Below, piece by piece: positions 8,888 to 21,000 of a stretch of DNA of 42,333 bases; positions within the stretch are counted from its first letter, which is position 1; every line of letters begins with the position of its first letter. Made by a program: the position numbers and the translations under genes. The stretch comes from a virus. Its lineage: Duplodnaviria > Caudoviricetes. The notes beneath the pieces are model-generated. The model was not told the DNA's origin. It did no database searches and worked only from the letters and a program-made list of their open reading frames with translations. The DNA is taken from IMG/VR virus record IMGVR_UViG_3300009684_000058, positions 1 through 42,333 of that record. One strand, 5' to 3'.

Positions 8888-11703
8888 TAGAAAATAATCA
8901 AAAAACATCGTTATTGGTTTCTTCTCAGTTACCTGAATTTATTCGGGATAACCCATCCTATGACAATTTTGTATTGTTTCTCAAAGCTTATTATGAGTGG
9001 ATGGAATTAAATAATAATCCATTAGACCGCAGTAAAAATCTAATGAATTATGTTGACGTTGATAAAACTACTGATGAGTTCATTGATTATTTTTATAATG
9101 AGTTTCTTACTTATTTTCCAAAAGATATTCTTGGTGATAAAAGAAAAGTTGCCAAGATTGCCAAAGAATTATATAACTCTAAAGGCACACCTGCATCATA
9201 TGAGTTTTTATTCAAAGTTCTCTATAACTCTCCAGTAGATTTCTTTTATACTAAAGATGCCGTTCTCAGAGCATCAGCCGGTAAATGGTATTCCTCTAAG
9301 AGTTTAAATTTAGATACAAAAGATCCAAATTTTTTATTGTGTAAGAACTATTACGCATTTGGTGAAACCACACAATCATTATCAGTAATTGAAAATGTGA
9401 TGTATGCTGGATTCAAAACAGTTCTTTACATTTCTAATGTTGAACGTGGATTTGATTCTGGTGAATATGTTCGTATTCTTGACAATCACTATCAAGATGT
9501 ATTATTCAATGGTGAGCCACTCAGAGCAAAAGTTGTAGGACAAGTTACACAAATTAACATTGATGAAATGAATCGTGGTCATCTGTATAATCCAGGCGAT
9601 CCTGTGGTTGTTTATGGTGGTTTAAATTCAAATACTGGTATTGGTGCAGCCGCTTCGGTTCAATCAACCACAAAAGGTTCTATCACCAGTATTCGTGTTG
9701 TTGATGAAGGTTATGGATATCGAGTTGCACCAAATACACTAATTACTATTTCTGGTGATTCAACCGCAACCGCAACGGTTACTGGTGTTGACACCGATCC
9801 AAATAAAACATCTAATGTATCTTTGGTGCCAATTAATACTATTGGTAATCAAGCCAATATTAGATTAAATGCAAATAATTATAACTTTACAGCGAATATT
9901 ACTGCAAACTTAAATTGTTCATTAGTTAACGCATTTAGTTTTATTTCATTTACAACATACCCAATTTCTGCAATCGTTTTGGATCAATCAGGTTCAGGAT
10001 TCTCTACTGCGCCTACTGTTGTTGCTGATTCATTATATCAAACTGATAATACAGCCATTGTTGCAAACATTAGAACACTAGGTATTCTTGCACCAATTCA
10101 AATTCAAAATGCTGGTACTGGTTACAGAGCAAACGACACCATCGTATTAAATGGTGGATCTGGTTATGGTGCTCATGCCAATATTACTTCAGTTAATGCA
10201 AACGGTTCTATCGTATCAGTAAGATACACTTACACCAATCCAAGTTCAAACATCCAATATTATCCTTTAGGTGGTATTGCATACAGTAAAGGCAACTTGC
10301 CTTCTGTGTCCGTTGTATCAGGTAACGTAGCTGCGGCCAATGCAGTATTAACTATTCCTGGTATTTTAGGTGATGGTGCAACATTCTCAACCACAATTGA
10401 TGCTGGTGTGGGTGCAATCTTTTCTATTAATGTGGATAATCCTGGTAAAGATTACGTTTCTCAACCAGGAGTTTCTGTTCGTGTTCAAGATATTTGTGTA
10501 AATAACGTTTCTATTTTGAATTTACCAACAAAAACAAGTCCTGCATATCAAGGCACGAACTTTGCAAGTGCAACATATACTTCTTATGTTGATGGTTTGA
10601 CTAGTTTGGTTTCTCAACCAAATTCTGCAAATTCTTTATACAATTTGAGAGTTTACAATTACAATACTGATATTGATCCAACTAAACCATTAAAAATTGA
10701 TACTGGCAACGGAACACTTACATTAAAAGTTGCAACCAATTATGCATCTTATAATGCGGCAAGTCGTTACAGTTCTAATGGAACAATCACTTATGGTGAC
10801 GGATCCGCACAGGCAGCTGCATTATTCTTAAATGGTCTAGTAACAACACAAGGTCAATATCTTGATACTACTGGACATTTAAGTTCATTTGACGTATTGC
10901 AAAGTCAAGATTACAATGATTACACCTATGAAATTACTCTTGAAAAAGAAATTGCAAAATACAAAAACATATTATTGAACTTATTACATCCTACAGGAAT
11001 GAAAGTTCTTGGTCGATATGTAATGAAATCAGAAGTAAAGTCCAGTTTTACAGAAGTTATGGCAGGAAATTATGGCCACACACTAGGTTATTATACAGGT
11101 GATACAGGTTCTTCTGTAACCATGTCAGCCAATTTTACTAATGCAAGTAATAATTTGGTACAATTTAATTCTTTGGTTGGTGCAAACCTACAAGGTATTT
11201 TGAGTCCAGGTAATACCTTGAGAATGACTGATAGTTATGGATTCACAATTACTTCAGATGTTTTGTCAGTTAATACTTCAAATACAGTAACTATTACAGA
11301 TAATGTATGGTTAACCTATGCCAATGTGGCATATACATACGCAAACTCTGGTGCAAACGTCATAAATATAACAACGTTGACCAACTTGTATGATATCATA
11401 AACAACGGTAATTACAGTAACACGGCAAATCCATTATTTGATATTGTTCGTGTTGGTGACAAGGTTTTGGTCGCAAACAATACACAAAAAACAGTAACAA
11501 GAATAGATTATGGCAACGGAAAAATATATTGTGATTCCAATTTTGCCAATAATTCTATTTCTTTATTATCCGTAAACAGAACATTTACAACAACCAATGT
11601 TCAAATTTTTGGGCCAATAGGAACACAATATTTCCCATTAATTACGGACGAATTTGGTAACGAAATCATAACAGAAAATGGAAATTTCATTCTACTAGGA
11701 TAA
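8884..11703 (+). CDS. gp7: Baseplate wedge initiator (T4 gp7-like)
   Basis: QLPEFIRD..FVLFLKAYYEWME, KELYNSKGTPASYEFLFKVLY, LRASAGKW, and C-terminal LQS..Y.DYTYEI...Y...L..LLHPTGMK. Follows gp6. Confidence 0.88.
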   Translation: MIENNQKTSLLVSSQLPEFIRDNPSYDNFVLFLKAYYEWMELNNNPLDRSKNLMNYVDVDKTTDEFIDYFYNEFLTYFPKDILGDKRKVAKIAKELYNSKGTPASYEFLFKVLYNSPVDFFYTKDAVLRASAGKWYSSKSLNLDTKDPNFLLCKNYYAFGETTQSLSVIENVMYAGFKTVLYISNVERGFDSGEYVRILDNHYQDVLFNGEPLRAKVVGQVTQINIDEMNRGHLYNPGDPVVVYGGLNSNTGIGAAASVQSTTKGSITSIRVVDEGYGYRVAPNTLITISGDSTATATVTGVDTDPNKTSNVSLVPINTIGNQANIRLNANNYNFTANITANLNCSLVNAFSFISFTTYPISAIVLDQSGSGFSTAPTVVADSLYQTDNTAIVANIRTLGILAPIQIQNAGTGYRANDTIVLNGGSGYGAHANITSVNANGSIVSVRYTYTNPSSNIQYYPLGGIAYSKGNLPSVSVVSGNVAAANAVLTIPGILGDGATFSTTIDAGVGAIFSINVDNPGKDYVSQPGVSVRVQDICVNNVSILNLPTKTSPAYQGTNFASATYTSYVDGLTSLVSQPNSANSLYNLRVYNYNTDIDPTKPLKIDTGNGTLTLKVATNYASYNAASRYSSNGTITYGDGSAQAAALFLNGLVTTQGQYLDTTGHLSSFDVLQSQDYNDYTYEITLEKEIAKYKNILLNLLHPTGMKVLGRYVMKSEVKSSFTEVMAGNYGHTLGYYTGDTGSSVTMSANFTNASNNLVQFNSLVGANLQGILSPGNTLRMTDSYGFTITSDVLSVNTSNTVTITDNVWLTYANVAYTYANSGANVINITTLTNLYDIINNGNYSNTANPLFDIVRVGDKVLVANNTQKTVTRIDYGNGKIYCDSNFANNSISLLSVNRTFTTTNVQIFGPIGTQYFPLITDEFGNEIITENGNFILLG
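11361..11368 (+). promoter_or_regulatory. Possible gene-internal late promoter CATAAATA
   Basis: Inside the gp7 3' part, encoded as GTC ATA AAT ATA with two ATA Ile codons. About 340 nt upstream of the next gene. Confidence 0.4.
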
Positions 11704-11706
11704 GAA

Positions 11707-13620
11707 ATGTCAACAGTAAAAATATCACAACTACCTCTAATCTCAACGCTTAATGCAAATACCGCAAATACATTATTTGTGGGTGTAGATATTCCAACAG
11801 GTGTAACAGGTAAATTAACCTCACGCACATTGGCACAAGGTTTATATTCAAATGAAGTTTTGAATGTTGGTTTAAATCAGCAAAACTTACCTAATACAGT
11901 TGCTCAGTTTGCACTTGCTGGTGAATCTTATATTCAAACTAACTTAGTTAATACCAATGATGGCGGTACTGCTGATATTGTTGTAACTGCAAACGTGGGT
12001 TCAGGTGGTTCAGATTCCACCAACTTTATTGACATGGGTTGGGCTAATAAGAACTATCAGCCGGGTTTAGAATTTAATAATATTGGCAATTCAGTTAATC
12101 CGAATGATGGTTATTTGTATGTCCAAGGTGCTGCAGGACAAGTTTATGGTAATTTAATTGTAGGTGCAACAGCCTCTGGCGCACAAATTAAATTTGTTGC
12201 GGGTGGTGGACAAGCAGCAAATATTGTTGCAAGAATGACTTCAACAGGATTGGTACTTAATACACAATCTTCAATTACTTTCTCTGATGGTTCAATTCAA
12301 TCGGTTGCTTATAATCCAGGAACAGAAACAACACAGAATACCAGAATCCAAAGTATTGAAACCATTAACAGTAATCAGAATACTTCCATTAGTATTATAC
12401 AAGGTGTTGATGCAACTCAAAATACACAAATTCAAGATATTCAAAGTGTCAATCTTACACAAAATACAGCTATTGCAACTAATTCAGCCAATACTGTATA
12501 CTTACAAGGTGCATTGAATACTGCTAATGCAAATTCTGTAACAAATGCAACAACCGCACAAAATGCTTTCAATAAAGCAAATACAGCAGTTCAAAATACT
12601 GCCGTTATTCAATTAAATACCGTTCAGCTTTCTGGTAATTTAACGGTTACAGGATTTGTTTCAGCTAATACAGGTAACATTGGTAATTTAACAATATCAA
12701 ATAATGCAATATACTCTACTTTAACTGATAGTGATATCACAATTGGTCAATCAATTGCAACAGCCAATTTGGTTATCAATAGAACAACAAATATTACCAA
12801 AGACCTTACTATAACAGGAAATGTAATATCTAACGGAACACTTATTGATTTTAATAATTCAACATTTAATTCAAATATAGCTTTTGTTCAAATAACAGCA
12901 AGTAATAATGCTGCAACAGTTGCACCTTCAAATACTAATTATATGCTGCAGGTTACAGGTAAAGCAAATTCTGTAACCAGAGTGGTAATTGATAGTTTTG
13001 GTCAAAATACATATCCAGTTGTTGTTGGTCGTATGGGTCGTGGTTCTGCTGATTTACCAACAGCAACTCAAAATAATGATGTAATAATGCGTGTTGTAGG
13101 TAATGGTTATACAGGCACACAATTTCCTCCATCTTCACCTACAAAAATTGATTTTGTTGCAGCTGAAAACTTTAGTAATACTAATAGAGGTACACAAATT
13201 CAATTTTGGAATACTCCAATAGGATCAAATACAATTCAAAAAATTGCAACATTTAATGCTGACACAGTATCATTTACCGGCACAGTTAATCCAGGAAAAG
13301 GTTTTGTATACAGTCCAACAGTTTATCCTGGTGCTCAAACGGCCATTACAATCGATGTGACAAATAATTCTTTGGTTCGTGCTCAAACATCTACAGGATT
13401 AGTAGTAACATTATCCAATTTGATGGCCGGTAAAGAAGTGGTGGCATGGATTACAAACACAGCAGGTACCAATCAAACATTCACTCATGGATGTTCTGCA
13501 TTGAATTCGACAGTTAATGCAACGACATATAATATTCCATCAACTTCAACCATTTTAGTTAGATATATGTGTATTGATACTACGGCACAAAATACCTTTG
13601 TAGCTATCACCAAGGCTTAA
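11707..13620 (+). CDS. Putative baseplate-attached fibre protein
   Basis: N-terminal VKISQLP motif, TQNT 14-residue coiled-coil repeats and Asn/Thr-rich beta segments. Inserted between gp7 and gp8. Confidence 0.65.
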   Translation: MSTVKISQLPLISTLNANTANTLFVGVDIPTGVTGKLTSRTLAQGLYSNEVLNVGLNQQNLPNTVAQFALAGESYIQTNLVNTNDGGTADIVVTANVGSGGSDSTNFIDMGWANKNYQPGLEFNNIGNSVNPNDGYLYVQGAAGQVYGNLIVGATASGAQIKFVAGGGQAANIVARMTSTGLVLNTQSSITFSDGSIQSVAYNPGTETTQNTRIQSIETINSNQNTSISIIQGVDATQNTQIQDIQSVNLTQNTAIATNSANTVYLQGALNTANANSVTNATTAQNAFNKANTAVQNTAVIQLNTVQLSGNLTVTGFVSANTGNIGNLTISNNAIYSTLTDSDITIGQSIATANLVINRTTNITKDLTITGNVISNGTLIDFNNSTFNSNIAFVQITASNNAATVAPSNTNYMLQVTGKANSVTRVVIDSFGQNTYPVVVGRMGRGSADLPTATQNNDVIMRVVGNGYTGTQFPPSSPTKIDFVAAENFSNTNRGTQIQFWNTPIGSNTIQKIATFNADTVSFTGTVNPGKGFVYSPTVYPGAQTAITIDVTNNSLVRAQTSTGLVVTLSNLMAGKEVVAWITNTAGTNQTFTHGCSALNSTVNATTYNIPSTSTILVRYMCIDTTAQNTFVAITKA

Positions 13621-13626
13621 TAAATA
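13619..13626 (+). promoter_or_regulatory. Late promoter AATAAATA for gp8
   Basis: Ends 4 nt before ATG 13631. Confidence 0.65.
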
Positions 13627-13630
13627 AATT

Positions 13631-14992
13631 ATGGCAAATCAATCACTACTTACATATAATGCAAAAGTTGCTCAAGTAGAGCAAACTTATTACTCACCTA
13701 CTGCGGTATTGCCAATCACTGGTACTCCGATTAGCACAACTTATGTGTTTCTTTCTAGGGTTCTTCCTTGGGGTGATGACCTTAATCCTCCTGTACCTGA
13801 ACAAAGCCAAGTTTATTTGAGAAGTGTTTTTGCTAATATGTTTGCAGCCAAAGAAATATTGTCAAACAATATTAGTCCGGTAATTGAAAGAAATGATTGG
13901 ACTTCTGGTACGGTATATGATTATTACCGTGATGATGTTGATATGTTTGCAAAAGATAGTAATGGATTTTTACTTAAACATTTTTTTGTAAGAAATCGTT
14001 ACGACCAAGTTTTCAAGTGTTTGTGGAATAATAATGGCGCAGCATCAACAAACGAGCCATTCTTCAAACCAGGAAACTACGGAACAAACAATATTTACCA
14101 AGATACTGATGGATACAAATGGAAATATATGTATACCATCGATGTGGGTTCAAAGAAAACCTTTATGGATAGCACTTGGATACCAGTTCCTATTGGTAGT
14201 CATACTCCTAATCCTTTACAATCTACGGCTGCCAGAGGTGATATTGAAGTAATCAATGTTATAAATGGTGGTAGTGGATATCCAAATGATGGATCGGTTC
14301 AAGTGGTAATTACTGGAGATGGTACCGGTGCAACTGCCACTCCTAATATTACTGGTGGTATATTTACCGATATTACTGTAACGAACTCAGGAACGAATTA
14401 TACAACGGCGGCTATATCTATTGTTAGCTCTACTGGCGCAAATGCATCCTTGATTGGTCCTATCAGTCCTGTTGGCGGCCATGCATTTGACAGCGTATCA
14501 GAATTGGGTTGTTCCAACGTAATGTTGACTGCCGAATTTAATGGTACTGAAGGTGGTATTATTCCAACTGATATTGATTATCGTCAAGTTGGTATTCTAA
14601 TCAATCCTACCACAAAGAGTGGTTCGCCATATCCAGCAAACGGTAGTATTTACAGCACAACAACTGATATTACAGTAGCTACAGGTTTTGGTGCTTTTGT
14701 TCCAGATGAAGTATTTTATCAAGGTCCATCACTCGATGGTGCAACATTCTCTGCAACAGTATTGAGTTTTAATCCAACAACCAATGTGGTAAAGCTAATA
14801 AATACAAAAGGAATTCCAATAACCAATCTTTCAGGTTATGGAAGTGTATCAAGAACGGCAAGAACAGTATTGGGTATTAGTCAACCAAATTTTGTTGCAT
14901 ACTCAGGTTATCTTGCTGCAATTCAAAATAGAAGCGCTGTTACAAGAAGTGCTGACGGAATAGAACAATTCAAATTTGTTTTAGGTTATTAA
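13631..14992 (+). CDS. gp8: Baseplate wedge subunit (T4 gp8-like)
   Basis: YVFLSR..PW.DD..PP.P, VIERNDWTSGTVYDYY, VFKCLWNN.GA.ST.EP, DGYKWKYMYTI, GGH..D...ELG, DYRQVGIL.NP, R..DGIEQFKFVL. Confidence 0.92.
   Translation: MANQSLLTYNAKVAQVEQTYYSPTAVLPITGTPISTTYVFLSRVLPWGDDLNPPVPEQSQVYLRSVFANMFAAKEILSNNISPVIERNDWTSGTVYDYYRDDVDMFAKDSNGFLLKHFFVRNRYDQVFKCLWNNNGAASTNEPFFKPGNYGTNNIYQDTDGYKWKYMYTIDVGSKKTFMDSTWIPVPIGSHTPNPLQSTAARGDIEVINVINGGSGYPNDGSVQVVITGDGTGATATPNITGGIFTDITVTNSGTNYTTAAISIVSSTGANASLIGPISPVGGHAFDSVSELGCSNVMLTAEFNGTEGGIIPTDIDYRQVGILINPTTKSGSPYPANGSIYSTTTDITVATGFGAFVPDEVFYQGPSLDGATFSATVLSFNPTTNVVKLINTKGIPITNLSGYGSVSRTARTVLGISQPNFVAYSGYLAAIQNRSAVTRSADGIEQFKFVLGY
14797..14804 (+). promoter_or_regulatory. 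Possible gene-internal late promoter AATAAATA for the 2108-aa gene
   Basis: Encoded as CTA ATA AAT ACA inside gp8, about 200 nt upstream of ATG 15002. Confidence 0.45.
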
Positions 14993-15001
14993 GGGAAAAA
15001 A

Positions 15002-18000
15002 ATGCCGCAGAATTTTAATGTTGACCCATACTACGATGATTTTGATCCATCGAAAAATTACCATCGTATTCTTTTTAAACCTGGTTATGCGGTTCAAGCT
15101 CGTGAGTTAACACAGGCACAAACTATCCTGCAAGACCAAGTTACCAAGTTTGCGGACAACATTTTCAAACAAAATACTCCTGTAACTGGTGGGCAATTAA
15201 CCACAAACTTAAATTGTTCTTATGTTAAGTTACAATCAACATATAATAATGTTCCAATTGATATTACTCAATTTAATGGTCAAACTGTTCAAAATGCAAC
15301 AGGTACAGTAATAGCTAAAGTGTTGGTTGCGATTGCGGCCACAGGAACATCTGCTACTGCCGATCCAGCTACATTAATTCTTTCTTACAAAACTGGTACA
15401 CAATTTACTGATAGTGATGTTATCTATGTTACTGGTTCAAATGCAATCGCTAAAGCCGCTACTAGTGCTTCTACTGGTTTAAGTTCAGTTGTTTCTATTG
15501 CACAAGGTGTATTTTACATTTCTAGTAATTATACCCGTGCTGATGGCATTCAAATTTCTAACGGAACATTCGTTCAAGTTAATCCACAAACTGTTGTGGT
15601 TTCAAAATATAGCAATACTCCTTCAGCTCGTGTTGGTTTAAATATTACTGAATCTATTGTTGGATTTACACAAGATGCAACATTATTAGATCCTGCGGTA
15701 GGTGCTTCAAACTATCAAGCACCAGGTGCAGACCGTTATAAAATTGCATTAACACTTGAAACTCGCCCTTTGTCATTAGGTAATGACGACACATTCATCG
15801 AATTGGTTCGTATTGATGCTGGTGAGATTATTAAAATTGTTAACGGCACAGTTTACAACGTAATCGATGACTATTTTGCTAAACGTGATTTTGAAACTAA
15901 TGGCGATTATATTGTCAACGACTTTAAATTAACACCAAAAGCAAATACTGCTGATGCAGCCAATAGTACCTATTTGATGAGTGTTGGTAGAGGTATTGCA
16001 TATGTTCACGGTTATCGTTTAGAAAACCAATCACCTGTTGACATTACTTCAAAAAGAGCAAGAACAACAGCCACATCAAATAATGCTCCTGTGTTTATTG
16101 ATTATGGTTCATATTTTTATGTTGATACTGTAAAAGGTGCAAATGCTTCTTTCTTCGATACAACAACATATGGTCAAATTGATTTACATTGCGTAACAGC
16201 GGCAAACATTGCAACGGCCAATGCATTAACATATAATTCTACTTTAGTTGCAACTGCAAATATTCGTGCTTTAATTTATAGTAGTTCATCAAGCGATACA
16301 CTATCAAATACTTATGTGTATAAAGCATATGTAACTTCTGTTCAAAATCAAGCGTTAAGTAATACTGTTGTTGCTGCAACGGCCAGCACAATTACTTTAC
16401 CAAACACATTCTCATCTGCCAATGATGCATATAAAAATGTTGAAATTACAATTACTTCTGGTGCTGATGCTGGTGATATTAGAACCATCGCATCATATAA
16501 TGGTGTAACAAAAGTTGCAACATTAAGCACCAACTGGACAGTAACACCTTCAGCAAACGATGCTTTCACATTGTTATTCAATACTGCTGATATTGAAACT
16601 TTGGTTGCTGCAACAAAATCTTCTTATCCTGCAACAATTACTGCTACTGCAAATATTAATAACATAGGTAAACAAGGTAACATCATTATTGGTGATACAG
16701 TATTACAAAATCCAACAGTACCAGAATTGGTGTTTACTGTTGGAAGTCCTTATGTTTCATCATTAATAAACACATCTTACACTACACAACAAGTATGGAG
16801 AAGTGTAGCATTTACTTCTACTGGTTCTGGCTATGCTGCACAGTTGAATTATCAAGGTGATTATCTTAATGTAGTTAAACATTTTGGATCAGGAAATTCA
16901 ACACTTTCAAATGATGTTAAAAAACAAAACTATACAGTTGTTGTAACTGCTGTTGGTTCTGGCTGCACATTAAACGTTGGTGATAATGTTCCTTGGACAA
17001 CTTCTGGTCGTAGTATTGTTTTAAATAATGATTCTTCTGTTGCAACACTTACTGCAACTGACGTTGGTGGCACATTTACTGCAACAATTTATGCCAAAGT
17101 ATATGTTCAAAATGGACAAAATACTGGCCATATTCTCAAAAACAAACTATTGATTCGTGCAAATACTACTGTATTGAATACAAGTAATACTGCTGTCGAT
17201 TCATATACTTCTGTTGATGACACAACCACAACATCTACCGGACAAATCTACATCAAGAAGGCTGGTTTAGTAGCAGCTGGTCAAAAACAATCATTGTATT
17301 TGTCAGATGTTAAGAGAGTTGTTAAAATTATTGACACAAAAGATGCCAATACTGCACCAACTTTAGCAATGTTGTCAAGTCCTTCTTATGATATTACCAA
17401 TTCTTATGCTTTTAATCGTAATCAAAGAGATGACCATTATGGCCACGGATTCCTTACATTAAAACCTGGTTATTCACAACCAATTGGTAACATTATGGTA
17501 TTTGTTGATTACTATCAACATTCTGGTGGTGATGGATTCTTTAGTGTCAATTCTTACACCAATGAAAATTATCAAGAAATTCCACAATACATTACCGGAT
17601 CAGGTACAGTTTATTCATTGAGAGATTGTATTGACTTTAGGCCTGCAAGAACAAATGCAACGGCCGCATGGTCATTACGTTATTCTAACGGTGCATCAAA
17701 TAAAGGTGTATTTTTACCTGTTGACTTATCAACATTTACTGGTGATTACTCTTATTATCTTGGAAGAAAAGATAAACTTATTTTAACTAAAGATAGAAGT
17801 TTTGGTATTATTGAAGGAACACCTTCACTTAATCCAATATTTCCATCTGAACCTGATGGTGCATTGGTAATTGCAAAACTTACACACAATCCTTATACAG
17901 GTTATGTTCCAACAGAAGCACCTAACGGATTCGTTCCCAATTTAAGTATTGATAAAGTTAAACACAAGCGTTATACAATGCAAGATATTGCAGGTCTTGA

Positions 18001-21000
18001 AGATAGAATTAACAATGTAGAATATTATACATCATTATCTTTATTGGAACAGAACGCACAGAACTTACAAATTTCTGATGCATTTGGTTTAAATAGGTTT
18101 AAAAATGGTATTTTAGTAGATGACTTTTCTGGCTTTGCAACGGCAGATACAAACAATCCAGATTATTTTGCAACAATTAATCGCCGTGAAGGTAAAATGA
18201 CTGCATCTCAGGCAGTTCAAAACTTCCAATTAAAATCAAGTGCTTTAGTTTATAATTTAGCGCAACCTTCAGCCACAACATTGAACAACTTAGGATTCTC
18301 AGTTAAATCTGATGGTTATGTAAATTTCTTTACTTTACCATACACATCTGCAAATGCTGTGGTTCAAAAAATTGCTTCACGAGCAGTCAATCTTAATCCT
18401 TTCTCATTCGTTTCAAGAGAAGGAACATTAAAATTATCTCCAAACGTAGATAATTGGGTTGATACAAATTACTCACCAGCTTTGTTAATTGTTGATCCTA
18501 ACTTACAAATCTATCGTGCCAATTCACAATCGTTGAATGTTCTTTCTGGTGGTGATTGGAAAACAATTTCTGGTACAACAACCACAACAACATCCGGGCC
18601 AGTTCAAGGCCACGGTACTAATTGGTCTCCATTTGGTGATATTGGTTATGTAGCAACAACAACAGTTACTAATTTACAACAATCAAGAACTACCACCGTT
18701 GGTGCATATGATAAAATTGATAACACCTACGCATTTAATAATAATTATATTACTGACATTTCAGTATTACCATTTATTCGTGCTCAACAAGTAGCGGTTC
18801 GTGCAAAACAACTATTGTTTAATACTCCAGTTGAAACTTTGTTTGATAATGTTGATGTAAAACAATATGTTCGTAAAACAAACGTCATTGAGTTGTCAAA
18901 TGTAACTGGTACTTTCCCTGACGATGGTGTAATTGGTTATACAAGCGGTGGCGTATTTACTGGTACCGCTAGAATTATTGGTACAAAAGTTAGTGGTAGC
19001 AATACACGATTGTATGTTGCGGCAGATCCATACACAACAACATATACAACCACAGGAACAATTGAGCTTGCAATTGAACTTGCTGGTGGTTTTCCTGCAT
19101 ATGGCTATGTAAACCCTTCAGGTACATTTGTATCATCTTCACATTTTGGTGGCCGCCTTGTAAATTCTTATGGCTCAGGTTCTAACAAAGTTCGATTAGG
19201 TGTATTAGCATCATCAACTGATGGTTATTACACAGGTAATACGATTTATTTTAATACTGGTACAGGCGGTTCTGCAACCATTACAAATTACATTGGTGCG
19301 AATCAAACAGCATTCTTGTCAACATCAGTAGTAACTGCAAATGCAGATATTTACTCAATAGGTTCATTTACTACCGATGAGGTTGGTGCTTTCTACGGTA
19401 TATTTAATTTACCGAGAAATGTATTTCATACAGGCCAAAGAGTATTCCGTGTTGATAATGGTGTAAATGCAAATCCAAGTTCTTCAACATCATTTGCACA
19501 AAGCACATATTTTGCAGAAGGATTACAAACAACGCAACAATCACTTGATTTTGGTGCTTCACCTGCGGGCGCTAGAGGAACATTCACATCAACACAGAAT
19601 AGAAATGTTACTTCAACTGTAACTAATTATAGCCCTTATGATCCAGTTGCACAAACATTTATCATTTCTAAAGATAATTATCCAAATGGTTTATTTTTGG
19701 ATTCTGTCAAAGTTTTCTTTAGAACTAAAGCAACAGATAATACTCCAGTTACTTTTTCAATTGTAGGTACATTAAATGGTTATCCAAATGGTGAAACTTT
19801 GAATCATTCTATTGTTACTTTAGATCCGAGTGATATTGTTGTTTCAGAATTTCCACAATATTTGGATACTACAGCTTCAACTAAATTTACATTTAATTCA
19901 CCAATCTATATTCAACCTGGTGTAATGTATGCATTTATGTTGAAAACAAATAGTAACGAATATACATTATGGTCTGCTGCTGGTGGTGATACTGCTGTGG
20001 CTTCTTCTATCAAGAATCAGCCAACTGATGCAACACCTTCAACACTCACCAAAATTGGTTCTGCACCATATGTTGGTTCATTGTTCTTGTCACAAAATGC
20101 ACAAACATGGACTACTGACCAGAATCAATCATTGATGTTTACTTTGGATCGTTGCGTATTTAATACAAATGCGGCTCCAACAATTGCTTATGTTGTTCCT
20201 AAAAAATTGCCACAAAGAACATTGATTGACCAATCATTGCAGTATTATCTAAATGCAAATAATATTTCAATTACTGCTGATGCCGTTTCAAACAATGATA
20301 TTTTGGTTGATGCATTTAATATTACTACAACCGACTTTGTTCCAACAACAACAGGAATTTCTTATTCTTATTCTGCAACATTGGCTTCTGATAGTTCAAT
20401 TACACCAATCACCAACGTAACTCCAGGTAAGTTTGGTACTGCAACTTCTGAAGATGTTTATTTAAATGATGGTAAAGGCGAAAGAATTCTATTGGCAAAT
20501 ACCAATAATTCATTTACTTTATATGCACAATTAACATCAACCGATGATACTGTATCTCCTGTTATTTCTGATGCAGGTTTAACAACTTATGCAGTTAAAT
20601 GGAATATTAATAATTGTGAATTGTCAAATAGTTTAATTACTATTACAAATGCCGGTACAAATTACAGTAATAATACTACTGGCAATACAACAATTACTAT
20701 TTCTGCTCCAACAGGTAAAAACGGTGTTCAAGCTACTGCGGCTGCTAACGTAGCAAACGGAACAATTCAATCCATTTACATTACTAATCCGGGTTCTGGT
20801 TATATTACAACACCAACAATTACGATTGCTGATGCTAATACAACTCCAGGTACAAATGCTACTGCAATCTTTACTGGTGAAACTTCTGCTACTGGTGGTC
20901 CTGGTATCGCCAAGTATCTTACCAAGAAAGTTGTATTGGATGCAGGATTTGATTCTGGTGACTTAATTGTTTATCTAAGTGCTTATCGACCAGTTAATAC

